A stretch of DNA of 43,738 bases from Octopus bimaculoides (taxonomy: Eukaryota). Location of the stretch: contig NC_068983.1 in NCBI RefSeq assembly GCF_001194135.2, forward strand, positions 4,426,893-4,470,630. Reading direction: 5' to 3'. Position numbers and translations under genes: made by a program. Shown here piece after piece: positions 10,570 through 22,394 of the stretch (the first letter of the stretch is position 1; the number at the start of each line of letters is the position of its first letter). The notes beneath the pieces were generated by a model. That model did no database searches, had not been told where the DNA came from, and was given only the letters and a program-made list of their open reading frames with translations.

Positions 10570-11250
10570 TACCTCGCAGACATAAATCCGAAATACCAAA
10601 TCTTCCCTCTTTATCAATACACCAGGAACGCTTCAACCCAATTCCGATTGAATAAGGAAATTATGCTCATTAAAAAATATAAACCGCAACTGATATTAAT
10701 ATCAAAAATTGTCAAAGTGTAGTACAATGATTTTGCTGTGAAATGGTGAAACTATTTTTTCGTTTTCTGAAAAAGCAACGTTTTGGACTTACGACACTTT
10801 TGCATAATAGCAACGGTATATTCACCCACACAATGGTTTCGTGAATCAATGATTGCTACCGATTCGCTGATGTAATGCTAACCTATTTCTGTTCATGGAT
10901 CTCGAATTTTATTCACCATCCGGTTGAAAGGTAAAGCTTCTGAACGATGTCTCCTGGGGCTAAATTACAGCAACTTTCGTCCTCAACTAGGACTGCCATG
11001 TTACGTTGGCAAATAATCTTCACTCTAGCTTTTGAGCAATATTATATATAAATTTCACGCATCCATGCACTGTAAGCTGTGTATGTGTTGATCCCTGGCT
11101 GAATAAACCGTTAGGCGAAACTCGAAGTCCCAGTCAACTAAAACTTTACAATAAATTTAACTCTACTCTCAGTATTGAATCACAACCCACCACCATCTGT
11201 TATGTTCCGTTGTTATTCTTAAACTAGAATAAACATGATAAATTAAATTT
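10570..11250 (+). mobile_element. 5'-truncated Penelope-like (Neptune-type) element: GIY-YIG C-terminus plus 3' UTR with degenerate HHR
   Basis: INPKYQIFPLYQYTRNASTQFRLNKEIM aligns without gaps (15/28 identical) to the GIY-YIG tail at 36098-36181. HHR relic at 11087-11138. The right boundary is uncertain. Confidence 0.75.
11087..11138 (+). ncRNA. Degenerate type I hammerhead ribozyme
   Basis: Stem I GTTGA-tcc-CTGG / CCAG-TCAAC; core CTGAATA (G8 changed to T); stem II ACC-GTTA-GGC (first G changed to A); GAAAC TCGAA GTC cleavage site. Confidence 0.65.
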
Positions 11251-11902
11251 ATCTTGCAACAAGCTATTTAGTAACTTTCATTCCGACAGCAATGCAAGTG
11301 ACCACATGTCCACTCACCAATTGTTTATATACTCAAGTATATAAATCTCTCTCGAATTTCTCATATATGAAGACAGTTTAACACATTTTATTTTTAACAT
11401 ATTCTTGAGATTTTCCTTTCGTTTCTGCCAGACCACCACTAATGTTTTCGACCCACACTACTCTCCCTCTCCCCTCTTCCTCTCTCCTCTTCCTCTCTCT
11501 TCTTCTCACCATTTATTTCTCTATCTCAGCTCTATGTTGATTACATTCTTGAACATATTCAATAACGCACAATTTAAAACCATTTTCGTAATTTGATCGT
11601 TCGCCTTTACAGCCGTTGGTTTAGCCTCTACATACCATTTTCTGTCCAAATTACGAAGTTTCTCAACACTTCTGCCAACAAATCTGTGAAATTAGGTACA
11701 AGAAATAAAGGCTGCAATGAGTTATATATAATCGTACATAAAGTCACCGGTTGCTTTATAATGGAATAAAATACTCCATTAGTCGTCGAGTTTGTTTTAT
11801 CGGTACGTTATCGATCCGTTTGTCTGTGCGCCACCGATATTCATATCAATTATGTAGGGATCAGACCAGCACGCCCTACATCATCGTATGCCAGTGTGAG
11901 CG

Positions 11903-11947
<45 letters not shown>

Positions 11948-12576
11948 GTTTGTGTGTGCACGTATAAACGCGCGAATGTTAGAGAGTGCTGCGAATTTCA
12001 AGTACTAAACAAGGCTGTTTTTTGTGCCTTTTCTCCCCTTAAAACAAGAAATCGAGTTATTTACAATTATGTACGGTAGATAACACATATAGTGCAAATA
12101 CTAATATTTATTAACACAAAAATAGGAAATGAAATACTATATGGTAGAATCCTTATAGCATAAATATTTCTTCTAATGTTGCCAGGATTTTCGAAGCTTT
12201 ATAAATAAAAAGTTGCTTATATGCCATAAATATCATAAAGCCTTTAATAGAAATACCATTAAGGTGAGTTACAGTTGAACCTAAAACTTCACTGTTTCCA
12301 TAGTCAGTACAAACAGAACATTCAAAACTCTTCTCCGCTTTGCTATAGCAACAACCCAAATAATTTTCCCTTTCAGCAATGGATGTCAGTGACAACAAAA
12401 AGTTATACATGGCTTACAGGAAATCTTTCTCAATAAAATTTTCGCAACACACACACACACACACACACAAAGAATCACATTTATTCACACATACATACAT
12501 ACTTAATATACATATATGAATGCCTGTTTGTATATGTGTATGTATGTATCTCTCTCTCTCTCTCCTCTCTCTCTCT

Positions 12577-12610
<34 letters not shown>

Positions 12611-14048
12611 GAATATCTTTAAAATTGCATTTTCAAACCTTCTTTCATATATATATAGACGGAAACATTGCTGTGTGGTAGTAAGTAGACGAGGGAAGTT
12701 ATGTAATATTAACATATGACGTATGAATTAATTTTCGATACGACAAACAGAATATGTGTCGTACTCAATGAGTTAATATTAATGAGATGCTGTAATTAGG
12801 TCAAAATTAAAATAAGATGCAATTATGTCAGTATGCCTCACCCACTTGTTCTCTCAATAATTACTTTATTACAACATTAGAACAATTTTCTGCTGCATTC
12901 TATATACCAGATGCCGTTTTGTAACGCGTGGCACTCCTTGCTGCAAATGCTGACGGGATGGATGGGTATAACAATTATTTCAATACCTTCCGGCAGTATT
13001 TCTGTCTCCGTGCTGCTTACCAACATCGATGTTACCAATGTAGGGTCGGGACATTTAGGCTCCTCATCGTCAGGCACTTTCTCCACATCCTGTTATTCAT
13101 GCAGCTACCGCACCAAATGAGGGGCAGTTGCACAGCTAATCCCCACCCCATGGTTTGGTTGCTTTTGGTCCTTCCCTAATACACCTCAATCATAGCTTTA
13201 TTATATCCAAGAGCGCTTTCTGCAATTTACCAATTACTGTTCTACTATAATTTCTGAGTTCACTCTTGGTGTGTCATCTGACAACATGTAAATCTTCCCC
13301 AGAAGAATCTAACTTAGTAATCTTATCAAACTTTGAGTATCAACGCTGGTGCATTTAAACAGCTGAATACCGTAACCAGTCATTGAACAATGACGGGAAT
13401 AACGTAAGAGGGACCCCTCTCTCGTGTTAGCTCGCAAGCTCGCAGTGTGTGCCTTTCCAGTCTCTGCGACTGAAGAGGGGATAACCACTCCGAAATGCAT
13501 GCATCCAGAATTCTGGTTATGTGTCGCTGTGAGCTGACTCGGTGTATTTACACCTCTTTGTAAACAGCGAGAAGTTCTCTTCATGACAAAATACAGTGAA
13601 TGGTATTATCATGATATTCGAACCCGTAACAACTTTGTATTTATAGACATCATTGTTTAGCGCTGTCATCCTGTATTTTATTAAACAGCAACGTATAACC
13701 ACCAATCGAAACTTAGATCTATCTGGTTGTTTACCACAAGGGGAGAGAGAGAGGGAGGGAGAATGCCGGAGCATAAGGCAAATGATTGAACAGATACAGA
13801 TTTGTGAGTGGTGCTTATGAATGTAAGATGGAGATGAGTTTAGATGATGATTTCGCATTACGGAACCATTTAACAATATCGAATCAACATCTGAAATCAT
13901 AGACTTGGTCCTTTAAGATTCGGAAAGGACACATGAAAGGTAGTAATAAGCAATTCTCGAATCACTCTCCATATTTTAGGCATTTCCGTTCATTCATCCT
14001 CTCTATATTGTTTTTCTAAATTACAAGGCCAGGCTATAAGACTCTATG

Positions 14049-14085
<37 letters not shown>

Positions 14086-14229
14086 ACGCACACGCACACG
14101 CACACGCACACACGCACACACACACACACACACATATGCACGCACACACATATATCGTTGCTGTTATGTTAAACTGTCGTATGTCCAAAATTAGCCGAAT
14201 GCGGTTTATTCAATATTTATTTTTGTTAA

Positions 14230-14338
14230 GGCGGTGAGATGGCAGAAATGTTAGCACGCCGGGCGAAATGCTTAGCGGTATTTCGTCTGCTGTTGCGTTC
14301 TGGGTTCAAATTCCACCACGGTCGACTTTGCCTTTCAA
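14230..14338 (+). mobile_element. tRNA-derived SINE head, 3'-truncated
   Basis: GGCGGTGAGATGGCAGAAATGTTAGCACGCCGGGCGAAATGCTTAGCGG...GGGTTCAAATTCC. Confidence 0.8.
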
Positions 14339-15349
14339 AACCTTGGATGAAATATCATTTTACTAAACACAAATGTTAAACATATAGGATAAAGCACCGT
14401 TGTACAGATCTGGAACCAGATACTGCCCTACAAATTCGATACATCGGGTAAAATAATATTAAAGAACTTTAGCCATAATACAATTGCATGGTCACAGGAC
14501 CAACGCAAGCTAACACAATTCTTCGTAATAATAATAACAACAGCAACAACAATAATGTACTATCTTGTGTATTGTCGTTGGGCCACGTATATAAATATAA
14601 CCCTAAAATACAAAACACATAAAGCAGACATTAAACATACTGTAATTATTTGGCACAGGAAAAATAATGACCGTCACAAAAAGGCACAATGGTTATTAGA
14701 AAAAACATAATCAGGAGTTTGTATAAACTGAGATGACAAAAGTATTGTTATAGTAACATCTGGGATGTGTAGTTTCTTGATTAAACATAAATCGTCATGG
14801 CAACGGCTCTTGTCTATTAATAACTCTTAACCAATAAACTATTGTATTTCTCAGGGTAAAATTACAATCGTAATTCGACGTTGATCAGAAATATAGGGAC
14901 ACAGAACAATGACGCAAACTGGGAACAATGTGCAGTTATAAAAAGAGGAGACAGGGTACAGATCTAGGAGAAAGGGACAAAGTACAACTGTACACTAGAA
15001 AATAATCCCTTCCACTTACTATAAGCCCAAAGTCTGAAATTTAGGTGTGTTTGTGCCGGTTCACTGAAAATAATATGTAAGTTATTATATCGAAATTTCA
15101 GGCTCTTAAATACGAAGAGGACAGGCGCAGGAGAAAAAAAAACCCATTTAACACTAAGATAATTTCTGGCGCAACTTCCACCAGACACATTACGAGTGAC
15201 CTTTGACTGTAGCCATCTCATAGAATTGATCCTACATATGTTCGTCAAAAAAAAGCAGTAACTATATTGAACTCCAGGCAAACCCTGACTTAAATAGATT
15301 ATATTGTAGCGTAGGCTCTGGTGAAATTCTTCTCTCACTTTATTATATA

Positions 15350-15437
15350 TACGTGCATTCGAACGTAGCAGGGAATAGCTAGCCTTTGGCTGTTACGTGC
15401 ATTCGAACGTAGCAATGAATAGCTAGACTTTGGCTGT
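15350..15437 (+). repeat. 44-bp tandem duplication
   Basis: TACGTGCATTCGAACGTAGCA(GG/AT)GAATAGCTAG(C/A)CTTTGGCTGT, two copies. Confidence 0.9.
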
Positions 15438-15987
15438 TATTTTGATCTCGTTGTGTCTGCTACTCTAATTGGTTGGTATTGGCGCAATTTGTCTCTTACT
15501 CTGTCGCGCCAACTTGCTGTGTATAACCAGTCAGAGGCCCTAAATAGGATCACGTGGGACAACCTGTTCACCACTGTTTAAACCTACAGTTCCTTATAAA
15601 AACTCAGCTTTTCATCGTTCCCGAGTTTTTACAAGAAATTAAAGGATTAAAGAGAATGGTCACTTGTAGTTTAACTTCTGTTAAGATGCATAAATAATTG
15701 GGAACATCTCAAAGTTTTACAGCTCGAACGACACGGAGAAAGATATTATTTACGTATATAGAGATAATCCTGAGAGGTCAGTTTTGCAAATTCTAGCATA
15801 AAATATACAACAAAACTTCAGTGCAAGAACTAATGGATAGTTCTAGTTTCCATATATACCATCTTGTCAGTTTGAGAAGAAGGGTCAATTTATTGCATAT
15901 CCTTTGTTCACGATGGAAAACACGGGACATACAATATGTTCAGCAGTTCTCAGGGGTTCAACTGCATAGCGAAAGAAAACACAAATA

Positions 15988-17239
15988 TTAGGTCGTCAAG
16001 TATGAAATCTGTAGAAAAGAAAAAAAAGTTTGCTAATGTTTTATAAATACAAGGAATAATTTTATTCATCAAAGTATGCATCTATATCTTTTGTCATTTC
16101 AGCGGTAGCTTGTCCAGCCTGGAACTGTAAAAACCTGGCAATCTAGAGTCAATAAAATCTTGGAATGCCTGTTTTACAGCATCGTCGGAATTAAAAAATT
16201 TTTCCTCTCAAAAAGTTATCCAAATTCTGGAAGAAGTGGTAGTCAATGGGGGCAAGATCAGGTGAGTATGGCGGATGATGGAGAACTTCCAATTCCAACT
16301 CCTGTAGTTTCGCCAATGTCATTTTTGCGATGTGTGATCTGGCGTTGTCTTGCAATAAAATAGGAGTGGATCTGTTGACTAATCTAGGTTTTTTTTGTAA
16401 GTTTCTGCATCATTTGGTCCAGTTAGCTGCAGTATACTTCGGCCGTGATTGATGAGCCACGTTTAATGAAATCATAATGGATCACACCATCAGCTTCTTT
16501 GATGAAGTTTGCTTTCTGGACTGTGTTTTGGTGGCTTGTCTTTGTCTAAGCATTGTGCTGAACGTTTACGGTTGTTGTATTGGATCCATTTCTCATCACA
16601 TGTTACAATTCGATTAAAAAATGATTCATTTTTGTGACGAGAAAGTAGCATAATGCAGGCTTCATTAAGTTGCTGTTTCTGATTTTCATTGAGTTCATGT
16701 TGAACCCACTTATCCAACTTTTTCACTTTACCGATTTGAACTAGGTGAGTCAATATTGTTTGCTTGCTAACACCAAACAACAATAATAATTCACGGCCAC
16801 TTTGAGATGGATCTGACTCGACGGTGGCTTTCAGTTCGTCATTATCCACTTTTGTTTCTGGTCGACTGCGTTGCTCATTTCTGAGGTCAAAGTTACCAGA
16901 ACGAAATTTTGCAGACCAATTTGATACTGTCGGCTGTGTAATAAATTTAGAATGAAATGCTCCATTAATATTCCGAGCTGTCTGTGATGCTGTATTTCCA
17001 AGAAAGAACTCATATTTCAAAACTGCACGAATTTCCGACTTATCTATCTCTAAACAAAAATAGCAAAAAACGATTTATAAATACTTTATAAAGCTCAAAA
17101 TCAGTTAAAATAAAGAAATAGATGTGTCATCTTTCTAACAAAAAAAATAAAGATTGTCAAAATATAATAATGGCGCAAAATGAGCAGCTGTCAAAGTTTA
17201 CCGCATGCCTGACTACAAATTTCATACTTGACGACCTAA
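15988..17239 (-). mobile_element. Near full-length mariner (DD34D, Hsmar1/SETMAR-like), pseudogenised
   Basis: 27-bp TIRs TTAGGTCGTCAAGTATGAAAT(C/T)TGTAG at 15988-16014 and 17213-17239, with TA on both sides. Transposase motifs IVTCDEKW, LLQDNARSH and HPPYSPDLAPIDYHFF, interrupted by a small deletion, frameshifts and stops. Confidence 0.95.
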
Positions 17240-17643
17240 TATGAAAGAGTTCTCTACAATGGCATTCAATGACATGGTGGATGGGATCCTAGTTTAGAAT
17301 ACTGGTTCAAATACGAGGTTATACTCAGGTAAGACGAGCTGCTGCAAACTCAAATATTGATCAACTGAAAGTCATAAAAATTCAGCAATACAAAAAAAAG
17401 ACAAAAATAAAAACAAGAAGATGGTGCCTCTGCACGGCTGCAGCCAAATGCCTCAAATTTGTTAAAGACTGTTAAAAGGCTAAAATAATCTGTTTGTGTT
17501 ACTTGTCCTCTTTTCCATTTGTTTCTCTCGCTGTTTGCGTATTAAACTCATTTGTTTTCGTATTTCATGTTGTTTACTGTTGGTGACGTCCTGTACCCAT
17601 ATATGCATATGTGTGTGTATATGTATATATATATGTATATATG

Positions 17644-17692
<49 letters not shown>

Positions 17693-17756
17693 GTATGTAT
17701 GTGTATATATATATGCATATATATATATTATTTATAGTATCTATCTACCTACCTAC

Positions 17757-17795
<39 letters not shown>

Positions 17796-17807
17796 ACTAT
17801 CTATCTA

Positions 17808-17838
<31 letters not shown>

Positions 17839-18199
17839 TTCTCCCTAGAGAGACAGAGAGTGGAGGGAAGAGAGAGATCTGAACAATAAAAACAAATAAA
17901 AATGTGTATATAGTACCATAAATGATATATCCATGATTTATTGAAATTGTCTTCACTTCTAGAAAGATAAACAAATGCCTAGTGGCAATGGTTACCTGTG
18001 AAAGGGAGATATTCACGGTGGTCAACAATTCTCCAAAAGTGATACACCATTTAGGAAAAAAAAGTCTATTTTTTTATTCCTTCTGATAAAATGACAGCTG
18101 TTGACATTGTTTCTACCTTCATAAGAGTCATTAGCACAGCATCGTACGAGCCGACAGAATTTTACTGGTTTGTCAATTTTGCTCCTCTTTGCTAACAAT

Positions 18200-18552
18200 T
18201 CTGCCAGCTCGTCGCCTTAGTTTGTCGATTAATAATTGGCACAAGGCCAGCGATTTCGGGGAAGAGAGTAAGTCGCTAAATCGATACCAGTGCTACACTG
18301 GTAGTTATTTTATCGAGCCCGAAAGGATGAAAGGCTAAGCATTTCGTCCGGCGTGCTATCGATTCTTTTCTATTCTAGGCACAAGGCCCGGAATTTTGGT
18401 GGGAGAGGGCCAGTCGATTAGATGGACGCCAGTACACAACTGGTACTTAATTTATCGACCTCGGCGGAATTTGAACTCAGAACGTAGCGGCAGACGAAAT
18501 ACCGCTAAGTATTTCGCCCGGCGTGCTAACGATTCTGCCAGCACGCCACCTT
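18200..18552 (-). mobile_element. Two adjacent tRNA-derived SINE copies (one internally deleted, one near full length)
   Basis: Two GGCACAAGGCC...CGAAAGGATG/CTCGGCGGAATTTGAACTCAG...CTGCCAGC blocks of the 612-823 family. Confidence 0.75.
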
Positions 18553-18904
18553 AGTGGAAAACTATTACGACGCTCATATGTTTACACTACACCATATGTG
18601 AGGCAAGGATCACATAAGTAGTGTTAGATACCCCCGTTCCAACTGAGGGTCGTGTGGTACCCTGGTCCATATCACATTCTAAATACCACACGACCTACCC
18701 GTGGTCAATTAAAAATTTTGGGTATTTTCTATTGGAAGATCTCGAAATCTTTTCAAAAAGAACTATTTTGGTTTCCATGGCAAGTAAAATATTTTTCTGT
18801 TTCTCTTGGAAAATCTGCCATTTTTTTTTCCAAAAGAACTATTTTTGTTTCAATGGCGAATAAAATTTTCTCAATACTCAATCTTTTATTTTACCTCATT
18901 ACTA

Positions 18905-19068
18905 TTTCGTCTGTCGCTACGTTCTGAGTTCAAATTCCGCCGAGGTCTACTTTGCCTTTCATCCTTTCGGAGTTGATTAAACAAGTACCAGTTACGCAAT
19001 GGGAGTCGATGTAATTAACTTAACCCCTTCCCCCAAAATTCGAGGCCTTGTGCTTCCAGTAGAAAGGG
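18905..19068 (+). mobile_element. tRNA-derived SINE, 5'-truncated
   Basis: ATTTCGTCTGTCGCTACGTTCTGAGTTCAAATTCCGCCGAGG...GAGGCCTTGTGCTTCCAGTAGAAAG. Confidence 0.8.
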
Positions 19069-20445
19069 TTTTACTTAATTACATTACAAAAATCTCTTTA
19101 AAATCGTTCTTTTAGTGTAGCAAAAGCAGAAACTAATGCGATCGGAGCATACCAACTCTCAGAAAGCCCATAGGATTGAAATTTTTTTAAAAACCGACCA
19201 GCTGGTGGGTCGGGTGGGACTCGCTAACATACCACCACGGTGCACCGGCAGGACGTGTGGGGAGCCAACGTTTTAATTGTATGTAGGGACCGGCCACAAC
19301 GACGACAACATGCTTTAGTAATTANNNNNNNNNNNNNNNNNNNNNNNNNNNNNNNNNNNNNNNNNNNNNNNNNNNNNNNNNNNNNNNNNNNNNNNNNNNN
19401 NNNNNNNNNNNNNNNNNNNNNNNNNNNNNNNNNNNNNNNNNNNNNNNNNNNNNNNNNNNNNNNNNNNNNNNNNNNNNNNNNNNNNNNNNNNNNNNNNNNN
19501 NNNNNNNNNNNNNNNNNNNNNNNNNNNNNNNNNNNNNNNNNNNNNNNNNNNNNNNNNNNNNNNNNNNNNNNNNNNNNNNNNNNNNNNNNNNNNNNNNNNN
19601 NNNNNNNNNNNNNNNNNNNNNNNNNNNNNNNNNNNNNNNNNNNNNNNNNNNNNNNNNNNNNNNNNNNNNNNNNNNNNNNNNNNNNNNNNNNNNNNNNNNN
19701 NNNNNNNNNNNNNNNNNNNNNNNNNNNNNNNNCACCACTACCGCCTCACTGTACCTTCACAATAGCTATTACTCCACACCACCAGCATCACCACAACCAC
19801 CATTACCACCACCACCACCACCACCACCAATACCATCACCACCATCACTACCACCAGCAATACCACCAGCAATATCACCACCACCACCACCATCATTATC
19901 ACCACCACCATTACCACCAACCACCATTACCACCACCGCCACCATCACCACTACCTCAACAACTACACTAGCCCACCCACCTCTTTTTTAATGAGAATTA
20001 CGCCAAATGTCATTAATTATGTTTTGAATCTCTTTTGTTTGTGAATCACGTGTTCGGAACAGCGTGATGCCATCTTTCTTTGGCACCTGTGTGTATGTAT
20101 GTATGTATGTATGAAAGTATGTATGTGTGTGTTATGTTTGTGTATGTGTGTATGAGTGTTTGGGTACGTGCCTGCGTGTGGTTGTGTTTCCATGTTTATG
20201 TGTGCATGTGTGTGTGTGTGAAAGAGAGACTACGTGTGTGAATGCGTGTGTCTGCCTGTATGCCAGTATACGTTTGTTCCCGTGTGCTTGTATAAGTGCG
20301 CACACGTATATTTCGGGTGTCTGTGTGGGAAACAGTAACAAAATGTGCGGATGTATGTACGTATGCATATATATATATATATATATATATATGGAGTGGA
20401 TGTGTGGTAAGTAGCTTGCTTACCAACCACTAAGTGGTTGGTAAG

Positions 20446-20895
20446 TTTTAACCTTCTAGCTCACTTCCGCTTTTTACAGCTTTACTTGGAAGGAAGGTGT
20501 GTAGCGTGTGATCGTCGCACTGACCATGACAGAAACAGTTCAGCAGAGAATCTGCATCAGATTTTGCCAAAAGTTTGGTGATACCTGCTCAGAGGCCTAC
20601 GCGAAGTTTTCAAAAAGTTTTCATCGTTCTCAACACAATCAAGGAGATCTTGTACAACCGAAACCCAAGTGTCTTTTTGGTCAGCTGAAAGCAGTTTTGG
20701 CACAAACGTGGCAAACAAGCGTCTCATATCCAAATCTTCAATGATAATGGACTGCACTGAACCGTAACTAACCTGCACATCCACTGATAACTCACGGATG
20801 GTGATTCGACGATTTCTCCTCACAGCTGCACGCACATCTGCCATGTTTTTCTCAGTTCTGCTGGTTGCTGGTCTCACAGAATGTTCGTCAACACC
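20446..20895. mobile_element. Rearranged mariner relic: N-terminus on +, downstream transposase segment inverted on -
   Basis: Plus strand ATG 20526: MTETVQQRICIRFCQKFGDTCSEAYAK. Minus strand 20895-20606: DEHSVRPATSRTEKNMADV...RRITIRELS...FVPKLLSADQK...NDENFLKT. Confidence 0.85.
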
Positions 20896-20961
20896 GATAT
20901 TAAATTTACAGAACTTATCACTGTTCTTTGGGATTTATAGAAAAAAGAAAAAAGGGAAAAT

Positions 20962-21284
20962 CTGGCATTCCGTTGGTTATGACGACGAGAATTCCAGTTG
21001 ATGCAATCAACGGAACAGTCTGCTTGTGAAATTAACGTGCAAATAGCTGATTACCCCACAAACGAGCGTACCTTAACGTAGTTCTTGGTGAGATTCAGTG
21101 TAACACAGAATGTGACAAGGATGGCCCTTTGAATTACAGGTGCAGCTCGTTTTTGCCAGCTGAGTGGATTGGAGCAACGTGAAATAGAGTGTCTTGCTCA
21201 AGGACAGAATGCACTACCAGGAATCGAACTCACAACTTTACGATCGTGAGCCGAATACTCCTAATCGCTAAGGCACGCGCTCAC
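20962..21284 (-). mobile_element. tRNA-derived CORE-SINE, near full length
   Basis: Homologous to 6541-6832. Confidence 0.85.
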
Positions 21285-21703
21285 AGCAAAAATATGGTAC
21301 ATGGCACAGGTGGTGCTCATTTGCCAGTGACAGCTACACATGTTGGGGAAATTTAGAGCCTCGATCACGTGGTTTTGTACTAAACAGTAATTTAACCTTT
21401 CTTTGTCTGACAGTTTTTGTGTCTGTCAGACACGTGATTAGCCAAACGGTTTCTCTACGCTGTAAAAAGGGCGCCCGGCAAAGAGAGAAAATTAATTATG
21501 GGTAGAAATGCTCGTTTCTCACCTTCATTAAATATTCAAAAGGCTTATTAACTCATTAACAACAGTTCTATAATTAAAATAACGTGACGTGGGGATTTTT
21601 GTGTGTTCGTTGTATGTGATGTATTTCCGCTTTACGCCGCCTGCACGACTGCGCACTGAAGCTCTTTTCTATTTGTTTCTATACACACACACACACACAT
21701 ATA

Positions 21704-21760
<57 letters not shown>

Positions 21761-21858
21761 TACAACATATTCTTAATACGTTCTGACAAATTCGAACGCG
21801 AATATGCTAACCACTGTTTTTTTGTTTTATTGTCAAGAAAGAACATCTCCCTTTATAC

Positions 21859-22141
21859 CAGTGGTTCCAAGACTTTTTCAGGCTGCCGCCCCTTGACACT
21901 TAGGCCACATTCCTAGCACCCCCATCCCCACCCCAACTAACCATCATAAACCTAGACCTTTTTCTGAAGCAAATTCAAACCAACTGTATTTCACAAATAA
22001 AACTTAACCTAAAGAAACCCATTATTTTGTTGTTTTCACATGAATCACTCCCCCATTATCACCCCCAATTTTCCTCAACGCCGTCTTGGAACTATCCACC
22101 GCCCCCAACAGGAGCAATACCGCCCACTTTGAGAACCACTA
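21859..22141. mobile_element. hAT-like MITE
   Basis: Ends CAGTGGTTCCAAGAC... and ...TTTGAGAACCACTA (hAT/Charlie-type CAGTGGTTC TIR). Flanking 8-mers CTTTATAC and TTTTAGAC (6/8 match) are a probable decayed TSD. No coding capacity. Confidence 0.7.
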
Positions 22142-22190
22142 TTTTAGACGATGTTTCTTCATAATGCAGACAATTCATTGATGCAAGGGG

Positions 22191-22241
22191 ACTTTGAGAT
22201 ACCCCACCGTTTCGACTTCGTTGTATCTCCTCAGTCAAAGT
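22191..22241 (-). ncRNA. Candidate type I hammerhead ribozyme, slightly degenerate
   Basis: Minus strand: ACTTTGA CTGAGGA GAT-ACAACGAA-GTC GAAAC GGTGGGGT ATC TCAAAGT. Perfect 7-bp stem I, intact core, weak stem III. Confidence 0.55.
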
Positions 22242-22394
22242 TACCTCTTAGATTGATAAATCCGACAAGAGCACGTGCTATTGTTTACGGCAATCAACAA
22301 ATTGTTTACTGATATGTGCAGATGTCTGCCAAAGAGATCATAATTTATTGGATGCACACAAAACAGAGAATACAAACTAAACCATATGTATGTA

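Noticed and set aside
14964-15338. 124-aa ORF on the minus strand
   Set aside because: No recognisable motif, composition typical of AT-rich non-coding DNA, no supporting splice signals.
17293-17328. Possible 36-nt micro-exon (AG...CAG/GTAAGA, FRILVQIRGYTQ)
   Set aside because: Good donor, but no polypyrimidine tract at the acceptor and no recognisable protein. It cannot be supported without RNA data.
19137-19255. CATACCA...TGCACCGG words reminiscent of a 5S rRNA 5' end
   Set aside because: Only short word matches; no internal control region (box A/C) or 5S fold.
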